From assembly GCA_027320085.1 (NCBI GenBank), contig DAHVLZ010000009.1:330666-394665 (forward strand): a stretch of DNA of 64,000 nt. The letters are read 5' to 3'. The DNA is from Pseudomonadota bacterium (lineage in GTDB: Bacteria; Pseudomonadota; Gammaproteobacteria; JAKAQQ01). Of the stretch, positions 10,529-23,455 are shown in pieces. The notes beneath the pieces are model-generated. The model worked only from the letters and a program-made list of their open reading frames with translations. It made no database searches and was not told where the DNA came from. How positions within the stretch are numbered: the stretch's first letter is position 1; each line of letters starts with the position of its first letter. Position numbers and translations under genes: made by a program.

Positions 10529-10782
10529 GACGGAAGGTTGAATGGTCCAGGTCGTGTTTGTGATCCAACTGAAGGCCACAGGACCATGTGCGACACTGTG
10601 ATTATTTGGTGCTTTTGTCGCCGATAGGCTTACCAACCAAAACTCGAGAATCATGGACCCATGTGATCCAACGCTCTCCCCCCATCGTGCTTATCTTCGC
10701 CCCGATAGATTGTTTCTATAATTTTGGTTCAGAACAAACCGGGCACGCGTTTGGATGGTGGGGCAACCCAAACAGGGTACTG

Positions 10783-10816
10783 CAGTCCTTGCACAACGCA
10801 ACTCGGCAAGGCACTG
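10783..10816 (-). terminator. Hairpin just downstream of glmS
   Basis: Imperfect inverted repeat CAGTCCTTGC...GCAAGGCACTG; no clear U-tract. Confidence 0.35.
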
Positions 10817-10819
10817 AAT

Positions 10820-12670
10820 CTACTCGACCGTAACCGACTTGGCGAGGTTGCGTGGCTGATCGACATCATGTTTACGTAGAACAGCCACATGGTAAGCCAG
10901 CAACTGCAGAGGTAACGTATAGGCAATAGGAGATGAAAACTCGCCCGGAACCTCGGGAAGACGAAGTACGTGGACATTTTCCCCCACTGGAAGTTCCAGT
11001 CCGGGATCCACCAACAGGAACAGGTGACCATTGCGCGCGCGGATGACCTCGAGATTGGACCTGAGCTTATCCGTGAGAAAGTTGTCCGGCACAAGACCGA
11101 TGACCGCCATCCTTGAATCGATCAAAGCCAGCGGGCCGTGCTTCAGTTCACCCGCAGGATAGCTCTCTGCCTGGATATAGGCGATTTCCTTGAGCTTGAG
11201 TGCCCCTTCCCGAGCAATTGGATCATGGACGCCACGGGCGACATATAAGGCATGATCGTATCTGGTCAGCAACCGAGCCCATTCATTTACTACGGGATCC
11301 AACTCAAGCAGCTTTTCCAGAAGGACGGGGAGATGCCTCAACTCCTTCACAGCCCGTCTTTCCATCTCCTCCTCTAAAAGACCCTTTGACTTGGCGAGCC
11401 CCAGACTCAGCCAAAAAAGCAATGTGAGCTGGGTCACAAACGCCTTGGTAGAGGCCACCCCGATTTCGGGGCCTGCCCGGGTCAAGAGACCGAGTTCGGC
11501 TTCACGCATCATGGCACTTTCAGCAACATTACAGAGTGCCAAGCGGCCGGCGTATGGGAGTGTCTTGGCCCGACGGAAAGCCGCTAGCGTATCTGCCGTC
11601 TCGCCAGATTGCGAAATCCCAACGAGTAGAGTGTGTTCCTGCAAACAGAGGGGGCGATACCGGTATTCGCTCGCAATCTCAACGGAAACCGGCACCTGAG
11701 CCAGTTTCTCGATCCAGTGACGGGCCACGAGCCCGGCATGATAACTGGAGCCGCACGCAACAATATGAACGGCCTTTACTTTCGGCAGAATTTCACGGGT
11801 CTGGTAGCCTAGGGCAGATTCCAGAACATGTTCGCCGGAGATCCTCTGTTCCAGAGTCTCCGTGACCGCACGTGGCTGCTCGTGAATTTCCTTCAACATG
11901 AAATGGCGAAAAGTTCCCCGTTCGGCAGCATCTGCCGATAATGAGACTCGCGTTGGATGGCGTTCGACCGGGATTCCAGCTCCAGACCAAATGCGACAAG
12001 GCGGCTGGCCACCCTTGGGGACACGCAACTCGGAGACCTCGTGGTCTTCGAGAAAAAGAAAATCCTGAGTCAGAGGCAAAAGGGCAGTCACGTCAGAAGC
12101 AACGAAGGTTGCCCCTTCCCCGAACCCAATGACCATGGGGCAACCCATCCGCAATGTGACCAGCACGTCAGGGGACTGTTCATCCAGAACTAAAAGTGCA
12201 TACGCTCCCGTCAGGCGACGCTGGACTTCAATCATGGTGGACCGAAGATCCGGATGTTCCTGCCGGATGGCGTGGATGAGGTGGACCACCGTCTCGGTAT
12301 CGGTATCTGATTCGAAGTGGTATCCTCGGGATTTGAGCTGGTGTTTCAGAGACTCGTGATTTTCGATAATGCCGTTATGGACGAGTGCGATTCCCTCTGA
12401 ACGGTGAGGATGGGCATTGGCCTCCGAGGGTGCCCCATGAGTGGCCCAACGCGTATGGGCAATCCCAACAGAACCGGAGCAAGGATGCTGACTGATCTCA
12501 TCTGCCAGAAGGGCGACCTTACCCTGTCGGCGACGCCGGGCAAGCTGGTGCTTCCCATCGAGCACAGCGAGACCGGCTGAGTCGTAGCCTCGGTATTCCA
12601 ATCGTTTCAATCCCTCCAGAAGAACCGGAACGACATCATCCGTGGAAATAGCTCCGATAATCCCGCACAT
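10820..12670 (-). CDS. glmS: Glutamine--fructose-6-phosphate aminotransferase
   Basis: MCGIIG N-terminus, EYRGYDSAG, HTRWATHG, C-terminal PRNLAKSVTVE. Confidence 0.99.
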   Translation of the reverse strand: MCGIIGAISTDDVVPVLLEGLKRLEYRGYDSAGLAVLDGKHQLARRRRQGKVALLADEISQHPCSGSVGIAHTRWATHGAPSEANAHPHRSEGIALVHNGIIENHESLKHQLKSRGYHFESDTDTETVVHLIHAIRQEHPDLRSTMIEVQRRLTGAYALLVLDEQSPDVLVTLRMGCPMVIGFGEGATFVASDVTALLPLTQDFLFLEDHEVSELRVPKGGQPPCRIWSGAGIPVERHPTRVSLSADAAERGTFRHFMLKEIHEQPRAVTETLEQRISGEHVLESALGYQTREILPKVKAVHIVACGSSYHAGLVARHWIEKLAQVPVSVEIASEYRYRPLCLQEHTLLVGISQSGETADTLAAFRRAKTLPYAGRLALCNVAESAMMREAELGLLTRAGPEIGVASTKAFVTQLTLLFWLSLGLAKSKGLLEEEMERRAVKELRHLPVLLEKLLELDPVVNEWARLLTRYDHALYVARGVHDPIAREGALKLKEIAYIQAESYPAGELKHGPLALIDSRMAVIGLVPDNFLTDKLRSNLEVIRARNGHLFLLVDPGLELPVGENVHVLRLPEVPGEFSSPIAYTLPLQLLAYHVAVLRKHDVDQPRNLAKSVTVE

Positions 12671-12672
12671 AA

Positions 12673-14055
12673 CTAGGATTTCTTCCCCGGCCGTTTCCAG
12701 TGAGGAATACTCTTCTGATCGTTACGGGACAGTGTCAGCTGGTCAGGAGGCGTATCTCTGACGACGGTCGTCCCAGCAGCAATGAAGGAACGCTGCCTGA
12801 GCGTTACTGGTGCAATCAACTGGCTATCACAGCCGACGAAAACACCATCTTCAATGACCGTTGTGTGCTTTTCTGTTCCATCGTAGTTGACGGTGATAAC
12901 CCCCGCCCCCAGATTGACATCATCCCCGATCTCGGCATCTCCGATGTAGGCTAAATGGTTTGCCTTGCTGTGATCACCGAGTCGGCTGTTTTTGACTTCG
13001 ACGAAGTTACCGATCCGGGCATGATGGAGTAGGCGGGTTGACGGACGGATACGTGCAAATGGTCCGATACGGACATGGCTCCCGGTTTCAACTCCCTCAA
13101 GGACACAATGGGACAACACCTCTGTGCCCTCTCCCAGGCTCACATCACGCAGAATCGAATAGGGACCAATTCGCACTCCTTGACCCAGCTGGATCCGGCC
13201 TTCAAGGATCACACCGACATCGATCTCGACATCAGAGGCGGCCTCGACCGACCCACGCAGATCAAATCGTGCGGGATCCCGGATGCGCACGCCCTGACGC
13301 ATCAGCACCCCAGCCAGCCGGGTCTGCAGAGTCCGTTCTGCTGTCGCGAGATCCGATGCTGAATTCACTCCCTGTGCCATCTCTGGACGGCCGAGCAGAC
13401 GAGTATGAACCGGTATCCCGGCGAGGAGTGCTTCTTCAACCATATCCGTCAAATAAAACTCTCCCTGGGCATTTCGTCTCCCAATCCGCGGTAACAGCTG
13501 TGTCAAAAGCTGTCCCGAACACGCAAGTATCCCGGTGTTAACCTCACGGATTGCGCGCGTCGTATCATCGGAAAGATCAGCTTCTTCGACAACACAACGG
13601 ATCCGACCCTGTGCATCGCGGACTATCCGTCCATACCCACCCGGATCTGCTCTTTCCGTTGTCAGGAGTGCCAAGGCGGGCTGTTCCACGGCTTCGAGCA
13701 GAAGCTTGAGATCACCCGCTTCGAGAAGAGGTACGTCTCCGTAGAGTACAAGCACGCTGGGGTCACCAGTCACGTCTGCTACGGCCAGTCCCAGTGCATG
13801 TGCAGTACCGAGCGGTTCCGGCTGGTCCACAAACCGGATTCCGCTTTCTCCGAAGCGAGAACGGATTGCTGCCCCCCCCACACCCGTCACAACCCGGATC
13901 TCATCCGGATTGAGTGACCGAGCGGTCTCGAGGACCCAATCCAAGAGCGGGCGTCCTGCCAGTTCATGAAGCACCTTAGGACGAGACGAGCGCATCCGCG
14001 TCCCAGCTCCCGCGGCCAAGACCACGACTAAAAGCCTATGTGATGTGGCCTTCAC
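12673..14055 (-). CDS. glmU: Bifunctional UDP-GlcNAc pyrophosphorylase/acetyltransferase
   Basis: LAAGAGTRMRS..PKVLH, GPFARIRP, GNFVEVK, NYDG, hexapeptide repeats. Confidence 0.98.
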   Translation of the reverse strand: MKATSHRLLVVVLAAGAGTRMRSSRPKVLHELAGRPLLDWVLETARSLNPDEIRVVTGVGGAAIRSRFGESGIRFVDQPEPLGTAHALGLAVADVTGDPSVLVLYGDVPLLEAGDLKLLLEAVEQPALALLTTERADPGGYGRIVRDAQGRIRCVVEEADLSDDTTRAIREVNTGILACSGQLLTQLLPRIGRRNAQGEFYLTDMVEEALLAGIPVHTRLLGRPEMAQGVNSASDLATAERTLQTRLAGVLMRQGVRIRDPARFDLRGSVEAASDVEIDVGVILEGRIQLGQGVRIGPYSILRDVSLGEGTEVLSHCVLEGVETGSHVRIGPFARIRPSTRLLHHARIGNFVEVKNSRLGDHSKANHLAYIGDAEIGDDVNLGAGVITVNYDGTEKHTTVIEDGVFVGCDSQLIAPVTLRQRSFIAAGTTVVRDTPPDQLTLSRNDQKSIPHWKRPGKKS

Positions 14056-14104
14056 GGCCGTGGGCAGGCTTTCTTGGGAAACCCAGATCGCCCCAAATCT
14101 CCGT

Positions 14105-14530
14105 TCACCGCAGCTGTCCCCGCTTCCTCAGGCGATCAAGGACCCTCAGCCTTTCGGTCATTTCGGCCAGTTCGGCTTCAGCACGCGCCACATCGACAGA
14201 CTCAGCACTTGAGGCGAGAAAGGTCTCAGCTGCCAGCTTAGCTTCGCGTGTCTTGGCTTCATCAATCTCGGATGTGCGTATGAAACTGTTCGCCAGAACC
14301 ATAACCTGATGGGGCTGGACCTCGAGCAGACCGCCGGACACAAACAGTGAGAGAGTTTCCGTTGGAGTCTGGATCCGCAACTCGCCAGCCTTGAGGCGAG
14401 TCAATAGGGGCGCATGACGTGGAGCGATACCGACCTCGCCGAGCTCTGCCGGAGCAAAGACCATCTCGGCCTCCCCAGAGTAAATCGGGGATTCGAGGCT
14501 GACGACATCCACCTGCATCACCATACCCAT
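14105..14530 (-). CDS. atpC: ATP synthase epsilon subunit
   Basis: GEVGIAPRHAPLL, FVSGGLLEVQP; position in the atp operon. Confidence 0.96.
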   Translation of the reverse strand: MGMVMQVDVVSLESPIYSGEAEMVFAPAELGEVGIAPRHAPLLTRLKAGELRIQTPTETLSLFVSGGLLEVQPHQVMVLANSFIRTSEIDEAKTREAKLAAETFLASSAESVDVARAEAELAEMTERLRVLDRLRKRGQLR

Positions 14531-14536
14531 ACGAGT

Positions 14537-15922
<1,386 letters not shown>

Positions 15923-15937
15923 TCACGGATGAAGTCA

Positions 15938-16801
15938 CTAGACAGCGGCAGCCCCACCAACAATTTCGGCAATTTCACGGGTAATAGCCGCCTGACGGGC
16001 CTTGTTGTAGGCCAGTTTCAAGGTTTCAATTAGGGTACTTGCATTTTCCGAAGCGTTCTTCATGGCGACCATGCGGGCTGCCTGCTCAGAGGCAATGTTC
16101 TCGAGAAGCCCTTGGTAGGTCTCCGCCTCAAGATAGCGGGTTAGCCATGTGTCAATGAGATCGATGCTGTCCGGCTCGTACAGGTAGTCCCAATGGTCGG
16201 CCAGACCGGGGTCCCGCTGGACGGGTATCGGCAGGAGAGTCACCAAGTGAGGCTTTTGGATCATTGTGTTCTGGAAGTAATTGAAAGCCAGAACTAGACG
16301 GTCGATATGACCCTGTCGGTAATCCTCGAGCAGTACGCGTAAAGGTCCGATCACATTTTCCGGAGAAGGGCGGTCGCCCAGATGCGTGACCGACGCTACG
16401 AGTGTTGCATCCAAGCGCCTGAGGCCAGTCAATGCCTTTTGTCCGATTGCCGCAAAGCGGATGGAAATGTCCTGCTTATTAAAGATTCGGACCTCGTTCC
16501 AGACCGTGCGGATCAGGTTGATGTTGAGTCCACCACACAGGCCACGGTCGGTCCCGATCACAAGAAAACCCACTCCACGTACCGCAGTCCTCGGCAGCAG
16601 GAAAGGATGGGGGAACTCGGGGCGGAGAACGGCCAGGTGACTGGTCACCTGGCGGATCCGATCAAGATAGGGACGACTGGCCTGCATCCGTGCTTGAACC
16701 CGCCGGATCTTGCTCGCAGCCACCATCTCCATCGCCCGCGTGATCTTGCGGGTACTTTCGATGCTTCGAATTTGCGTCCTGATTTCTTTGGTGCCGGCCA
16801 T
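15938..16801 (-). CDS. atpG: ATP synthase gamma subunit
   Basis: KITRAMEMVAASK, DRGLCGGLN, YNKARQAAITREIAEIVGGA. Confidence 0.98.
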   Translation of the reverse strand: MAGTKEIRTQIRSIESTRKITRAMEMVAASKIRRVQARMQASRPYLDRIRQVTSHLAVLRPEFPHPFLLPRTAVRGVGFLVIGTDRGLCGGLNINLIRTVWNEVRIFNKQDISIRFAAIGQKALTGLRRLDATLVASVTHLGDRPSPENVIGPLRVLLEDYRQGHIDRLVLAFNYFQNTMIQKPHLVTLLPIPVQRDPGLADHWDYLYEPDSIDLIDTWLTRYLEAETYQGLLENIASEQAARMVAMKNASENASTLIETLKLAYNKARQAAITREIAEIVGGAAAV

Positions 16802-16804
16802 CTG

Positions 16805-18358
16805 TCAGCGTCCAGTTTCCTTCCGAAAACGGTTTATGGTCTGGCGGAGACCGGAGGCCACCTTGTCGTTATAATCCCCCGTCTCATTGATCAGGGTGAA
16901 AAGTGCCGGCTCCTGTTCACGGAAAAAATCATGCAGACCACCTTCAAAGGCGCCAACCTCGGCAACGGGGATGCCATCGAGATCTCCCTCATTGACAGCA
17001 AACAGTGAAATAGCCATCTCGGCAATGGACAGGGGACTGTATTGCTTTTGCTTCATGAGCTCTGTGACCCGCTGGCCCCGTTCCAACTGGCGCCGTGTGA
17101 TTTCGTCGAGTTCTGATGCAAATTGCGAAAAGGCCGCCAGTTCCCGGTATTGGGCCAAAGCAAAACGGACTCCACCGCCCAACTTCTTGATGATTTTTGT
17201 CTGTGCGGCACCACCAACACGGGAAACGGAGAGCCCGGCATTGATTGCGGGGCGGATACCCGCGTTGAATAAATCATTCTCAAGATAAATCTGGCCATCG
17301 GTGATGGAGATGACATTGGTCGGAATGAATGCCGAAACATCTCCGGCCTGGGTCTCAATGATAGGCAGTGCCGTCAGCGACCCGGTCCGGCCCTTAACTC
17401 GCCCTCCGGTCCGCTGCTCCACTTCACGGACATTGAGGCGTGAGGCCCGTTCAAGCAGCCGGGAATGCAGATAAAACACGTCGCCGGGATAGGCTTCACG
17501 GCCGGGTGGACGTTTTAGCAGCAAGGAAATCTGCCGGTAAGCCCAAGCGTGTTTAGTAAGGTCATCGTAGATGATGAGCGCATCCTGACCCTGGTCGCGG
17601 AAATACTCGCCCATGGTGCAGCCCGCATAGGGCGCGATGAACTGCAGTGCAGCCGATTCTGCCGCTGTGGCAGCAACCACGATGGTCCGCTTGAGGACAT
17701 CGTGCTCCTCCAGCTTGCGGACGACTTGTGAAACGCTTGAGGCTTTCTGTCCGATTGCCACATATACACAGAAAAGATCCGTGTGGCGCTGGTTGATGAT
17801 TGTATCGAGGGCCAACGCCGTTTTCCCGGTCTGGCGGTCACCGATAATCAACTCGCGCTGTCCGCGACCGATTGGTACCATCGCGTCAATCGCTTTGAGC
17901 CCCGTTTGGACTGGCTGGGATACCGATTGACGGGCAATGACGCCCGGTGCGACTTTCTCGATCGGGGCACGGTGAACTTCGGGGAGTGGAGGCCCCCCAT
18001 CCAAGGCCCGACCCAGCGGATCCACAACACGGCCGAGAAGCTCTGGACCCACTGGAACCTCGAGGATCCGACCAGTCGCCCGAACCTCTTGTCCTTCGGT
18101 CAGTTGTTCGTAGTTACCGAGAACCACTGCACCGACAGCATCGCGTTCCAAATTGAGTGCAAGGCCCGTCCCACCATCGGGGAATTCGAGCATCTCGCCG
18201 TAGCGGACCCCGCTGAGCCCGTAAATCCTAACGATCCCATCGGCAACGCTAACGACTGTGCCGACCTCCCGTTCATCGATACCGGCCTCGAAACGCTGGA
18301 TACGTTCTCGGAGGAGGGAACTGATTTCGGCGGGGCTAAGTTGGACAGAATCACTCAT
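16805..18358 (-). CDS. atpA: ATP synthase alpha subunit
   Basis: [29 protein letters not shown]. Confidence 0.99.
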   Translation of the reverse strand: MSDSVQLSPAEISSLLRERIQRFEAGIDEREVGTVVSVADGIVRIYGLSGVRYGEMLEFPDGGTGLALNLERDAVGAVVLGNYEQLTEGQEVRATGRILEVPVGPELLGRVVDPLGRALDGGPPLPEVHRAPIEKVAPGVIARQSVSQPVQTGLKAIDAMVPIGRGQRELIIGDRQTGKTALALDTIINQRHTDLFCVYVAIGQKASSVSQVVRKLEEHDVLKRTIVVAATAAESAALQFIAPYAGCTMGEYFRDQGQDALIIYDDLTKHAWAYRQISLLLKRPPGREAYPGDVFYLHSRLLERASRLNVREVEQRTGGRVKGRTGSLTALPIIETQAGDVSAFIPTNVISITDGQIYLENDLFNAGIRPAINAGLSVSRVGGAAQTKIIKKLGGGVRFALAQYRELAAFSQFASELDEITRRQLERGQRVTELMKQKQYSPLSIAEMAISLFAVNEGDLDGIPVAEVGAFEGGLHDFFREQEPALFTLINETGDYNDKVASGLRQTINRFRKETGR

Positions 18359-18377
18359 GTAATCAACCTCTGGAATA

Positions 18378-18914
18378 CTAGGCTGGACAGGTCAAAGCCC
18401 GGGAAAGCAGGTCCAGGCGTCCACGGACCGTTCCGTCCCAGACACGATCTCCGATCCGGATCTGGCCCCCCCCGATAAGCACTGGATCAACACGGAAAAT
18501 CAAGTGGACTCGCCGGCCCAACTTCTTTGTTAACCCAACCTTCCACTCCGTCTGAGACGCTTCGTCGATCACCAGTGCCGTCGTGACCTGACATTCAGTT
18601 TCAGATGCGGCCGCCCGCCTCATTTCGGAGTAAAGCGAGGCGATATCGCTGACTTCATTCCAGCGTTGATGCACGATCAGAAGCTTCAGGAAATTACGCT
18701 CGGAAATTTCAAGTCGCCGGGCCAGGGTCAAGTCCAGCACTTCAAGTCGGTCTTCCGCGCTCGCGCGAGGATGCGATAACACCCACACGATGTCAGGCCG
18801 TTCCAGAGCAGTCGCCAGATCGACCAAAAGATGCTCCCAATGCTCAAGCCGGTTTTCCGAGCCCGCGACTTCAAAAATCGCCCGTGCATAGGGTCGCGCA
18901 ACCGTTCGACTCAT
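18378..18914 (-). CDS. atpH: ATP synthase delta subunit
   Basis: [35 protein letters not shown]. Confidence 0.95.
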   Translation of the reverse strand: MSRTVARPYARAIFEVAGSENRLEHWEHLLVDLATALERPDIVWVLSHPRASAEDRLEVLDLTLARRLEISERNFLKLLIVHQRWNEVSDIASLYSEMRRAAASETECQVTTALVIDEASQTEWKVGLTKKLGRRVHLIFRVDPVLIGGGQIRIGDRVWDGTVRGRLDLLSRALTCPA

Positions 18915-19384
18915 TGCAGGCGCTCCCCAGCCGCCCTCAGGAGTGCCGCGTGGCGTCCGGGATCGATTTCCCGCTCTAGAATCTTCTGGGCGATTTCAAT
19001 GGACAGCTCAGCCAGCTGGTTTTTGAGCCGCTCCTTTGCACGCCCCACTTCGAGTTCCAGCTCCTGATGCCCCTGCTCCAAAATTTGTTTTGCCTGATCT
19101 TGGGCACTCTTTTGAGCTTGTTCTACGAGTTGGCTGGCTCTGTGCTGGGCCGTTTCAACGACCGTCGACGCTTCCTGACGCGCTTCGCGCAAGATGGAAA
19201 CCGCCTTGTCCTGTGCCTTTTCCAAGTCCCGGACAGCCCGTTCCGCCGAAGCAAGACCATCCGCGATTTTCTTCTCACGCTCGGCCATAGCCTGGCTCAG
19301 CGGTGGCCAGATATAGCGCATCGTGATCCAGACAAAAAGGGCGAAAGCCAGGACTTCAGATGCGAAAGTGAGGTCTAGGTTCAT
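18911..19384 (-). CDS. atpF: ATP synthase b subunit
   Basis: N-terminal TM, YIWPPL..AMAEREKKIADGL, coiled coil. Confidence 0.96.
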   Translation of the reverse strand: MNLDLTFASEVLAFALFVWITMRYIWPPLSQAMAEREKKIADGLASAERAVRDLEKAQDKAVSILREARQEASTVVETAQHRASQLVEQAQKSAQDQAKQILEQGHQELELEVGRAKERLKNQLAELSIEIAQKILEREIDPGRHAALLRAAGERLQ

Positions 19385-19424
19385 GGTATTCCTCCCGTGG
19401 GTAGCCCGCCGAGTGACAACCCGT

Positions 19425-19730
<306 letters not shown>

Positions 19731-19749
19731 TTAAAAACGGGTTTCGATT

Positions 19750-20905
<1,156 letters not shown>

Positions 20906-20982
20906 GCCCCTCCCCCACCTGAGTCGCAGGAGACCCTCCCTCTGCCCTTTTGGGGGCCCCGAGAAGGCACAATTATCAGCCT

Positions 20983-21012
20983 ATTTTAGGGCAACGCCCC
21001 CAATCCGATCAA
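20983..21012 (-). promoter_or_regulatory. Putative sigma70 promoter of the atp operon
   Basis: TTGATC-N18-TAAAAT on the minus strand. Confidence 0.4.
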
Positions 21013-21902
21013 GTCCTGCGGCGGTATCCCAGCCGGCTCAGCAAGGCTTCGAAATCATCCAATCCCTTGAAATGGATGAGTAGACGGCCGGTTCTCCCCT
21101 GAGCGCCCGATGTCTCGACTTCGACGCGCCGGCCTAAGTGCTCGGTTAGTTCCCGCTCTAACCTCAGACGGTCAGCGTCGCGGGATTTTTCCTTGGTGGC
21201 CTTTGACCCACCCGCCCCCGCCTCACGCGCTGATCCTTGGAGGCGTCTCAAATAGCGCTCCGTCTGCCGCACATTCAGCGCATTCTCGGAGATGTAGCGC
21301 GCAGCTTCATCCTGTGCGGAACCCGTAATTGAAAGCAATGCCCTGGCGTGGCCCATCTCGAGTCGACCTGATTGCAGCAGCTCACGTGCAACCGAACGCA
21401 GGTCGAGAAGCCGCAGGAGATTGGTGACCCCCGTACGTGAGCGCCCCACTGTTTCCGCAACCTGCTCGTGGGTCATGTGAAACTCAGTCACCAACTGCTT
21501 CAGGGCGAGTGCTTCTTCCAGCGGATGGAGATCAGTTCGCTGGAGATTTTCAATCAGGGCCACCTGCAGAGCCGCTGCATCATCCAATGTCCGAACAATC
21601 ACCGGGACCTCAAGCTGGCCCGCAATCTGCGCCGCACGCCAACGTCTCTCCCCGGCAATGATCTCATAGCGGTTAGGCTCGGCCAATCGCCGCACAAGGA
21701 TCGGCTGCAAGATTCCCTGTGTGCGAATCGACTGTGCCAGTTCGAGCAACTGCTCACGGGGGATATCACGACGTGGCTGGTAGCGACCGGGCGTGAGGTA
21801 CTCGACCGGTAGCGACTCCAAGCCTTCTGGCACAGAGGACTCTTCCTGCTGCCCAAGGATCGCCGACAAGGACCGGTTCAGTGGGCGGCGCTTCATGGAC
21901 AT
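21009..21902 (-). CDS. parB: Chromosome partitioning protein ParB (start ATG 21902)
   Basis: YQPRR, GILQPILVR, IIAGERRWRAAQ, ALIENLQR, HTH; follows parA. Confidence 0.96.
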   Translation of the reverse strand: MSMKRRPLNRSLSAILGQQEESSVPEGLESLPVEYLTPGRYQPRRDIPREQLLELAQSIRTQGILQPILVRRLAEPNRYEIIAGERRWRAAQIAGQLEVPVIVRTLDDAAALQVALIENLQRTDLHPLEEALALKQLVTEFHMTHEQVAETVGRSRTGVTNLLRLLDLRSVARELLQSGRLEMGHARALLSITGSAQDEAARYISENALNVRQTERYLRRLQGSAREAGAGGSKATKEKSRDADRLRLERELTEHLGRRVEVETSGAQGRTGRLLIHFKGLDDFEALLSRLGYRRRT

Positions 21903-21906
21903 AGAT

Positions 21907-22719
21907 CTATCTCCCACGCTCGGTACTGGGCATTCTATCAGCGCCCTGCCCAACGGGGAATCGTTCCAACTGTTCACTCGCAAGAGCAAGATAGGCCATT
22001 GCCCCTCGGGAGGCAGCATCATAAACCTGGATGGGAACACCATGACTAGGTGCTTCTGCGAGACGAACATTGCGAGGAATAACGGTCCGGTACACCTGGT
22101 TCCCAAAATGGACGATCAGTTGGGAGGACACTTCGTGATGGAGACTGCTCCGAGCATCAAACATGGTTCTCAGCAGCCCTTCGATCTTGAGGTGTGGATT
22201 GAGGGACTGCTGCACTGATCGGATAGTCTCGAGTAGCGAGGACAACCCTTCAAGAGCGTAATATTCGCACTGGATCGGAATGAGTACTCCGCTCGATGCG
22301 ACCAGAGCGTTGACTGTCAGGATATTCAGCGAGGGAGGACAGTCGATCAGGATATCGTCGAACGGGCCCGCACTCTGGATCAGGTTTTTCAGGCGATTTT
22401 CGCCGGCTCCGGAACGGGTCAAAGCCACCTCGGTGGCCGTCAGGTCGGCATGAGCCGGCAATAACCTGAAACTTCCGGGTGGTACCGGTACTTCCACCAA
22501 GGCTTCGGACAGTTTTATTCGGCCCCCGAGAACGGCATCAGTGCCTGCCTTCAAGCGCCGTTTATCGATTCCGAGACCGGTCGTGGCATTAGCTTGAGGG
22601 TCCAGGTCCACCAAAAGAACGTGTCGACGGTATGCCGCAAGGGCGGCTGCCAAATTGATCGCTGTTGTGGTCTTGCCAACCCCGCCTTTTTGGTTGGCAA
22701 TGGCCAGTACCCGACTCAT
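21907..22719 (-). CDS. parA: Chromosome partitioning ATPase ParA/Soj
   Basis: [40 protein letters not shown]. Confidence 0.97.
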   Translation of the reverse strand: MSRVLAIANQKGGVGKTTTAINLAAALAAYRRHVLLVDLDPQANATTGLGIDKRRLKAGTDAVLGGRIKLSEALVEVPVPPGSFRLLPAHADLTATEVALTRSGAGENRLKNLIQSAGPFDDILIDCPPSLNILTVNALVASSGVLIPIQCEYYALEGLSSLLETIRSVQQSLNPHLKIEGLLRTMFDARSSLHHEVSSQLIVHFGNQVYRTVIPRNVRLAEAPSHGVPIQVYDAASRGAMAYLALASEQLERFPVGQGADRMPSTERGR

Positions 22720-22753
22720 GGTCCGGTCCCCCAGAACGGTCTACCGATCTGGA

Positions 22754-23437
22754 TCACTCTACCATGGACGGGTCGATGGGTCGGGGGATTGAGCCCAACC
22801 CATCCGGCCTGAGACGCAGGTCGAAAACGTGACGGTGGGTATCGGAGCCGTCCATCCAAACTCGCCAGACGCTAGCCACATACCATCTTGAATCCGAGGC
22901 GAGCCATTCGGTGGGCGGCCACTCCCCTTTCATTGCCAGCCATTGATCCTCCCGCTCACACCAAGGTGCTGTCACGTTCAAAAAATAGCTGAGTGGGCCG
23001 AGGGCACGACTCGTGAATGTGGCCGATCCAATCCGAGGTTTACAGATCACTCGTTCTGCCCGCTGGTTCCGAATTTCGAGATTATCAATGCTGAGCTTGC
23101 GTTTGACATGATCCAGAAATAGGGCTTTTTTTCGGTTGGATTCGATCAGGCAAAAAGGACGCTCTGGATCGGCAAGCGCTAGCACCAAACCAGGGAATCC
23201 GGCTCCACTTCCGATGTCGATTCCCATCTGTCCCCGGATGACTGATCGCAGGGCCAAACTATCGTAGACATGTCGTGGCCAGAGTCGGGATCCCTCTTGG
23301 GTACCCACCAAGTTGTAGCTCCGATTCCACTGTAAAAGAAGCGCCACATAGGATTCCAGCCGATTCCGGATTTCGTGTGGGATCTCCGCCGATGAGAAAT
23401 CGAGCTGCTGGTATGGGGGCAGTTTCACTACATTCAT
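22754..23437 (-). CDS. rsmG: 16S rRNA m7G527 methyltransferase
   Basis: LLLQWNRSYNL, RHVYDSL, DIGSGAGFPG, SRA, AMKG. Confidence 0.95.
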   Translation of the reverse strand: MNVVKLPPYQQLDFSSAEIPHEIRNRLESYVALLLQWNRSYNLVGTQEGSRLWPRHVYDSLALRSVIRGQMGIDIGSGAGFPGLVLALADPERPFCLIESNRKKALFLDHVKRKLSIDNLEIRNQRAERVICKPRIGSATFTSRALGPLSYFLNVTAPWCEREDQWLAMKGEWPPTEWLASDSRWYVASVWRVWMDGSDTHRHVFDLRLRPDGLGSIPRPIDPSMVE

Positions 23438-23455
23438 CGAAACTGTGCCATCGGT

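Noticed and set aside
10238-10654. 138-aa ORF from the track
   Set aside because: Its 5' part runs through the KdpE box and promoter; only the last 30 codons look like a real peptide.
10770-10820. Possible Tn7 end (minus-strand TGTGCAAGGAC) ~25 bp after the glmS stop (attTn7)
   Set aside because: It is one arm of a local hairpin. I found no TnsB-site repeats, tns genes, or matching far end with a 5-bp duplication.
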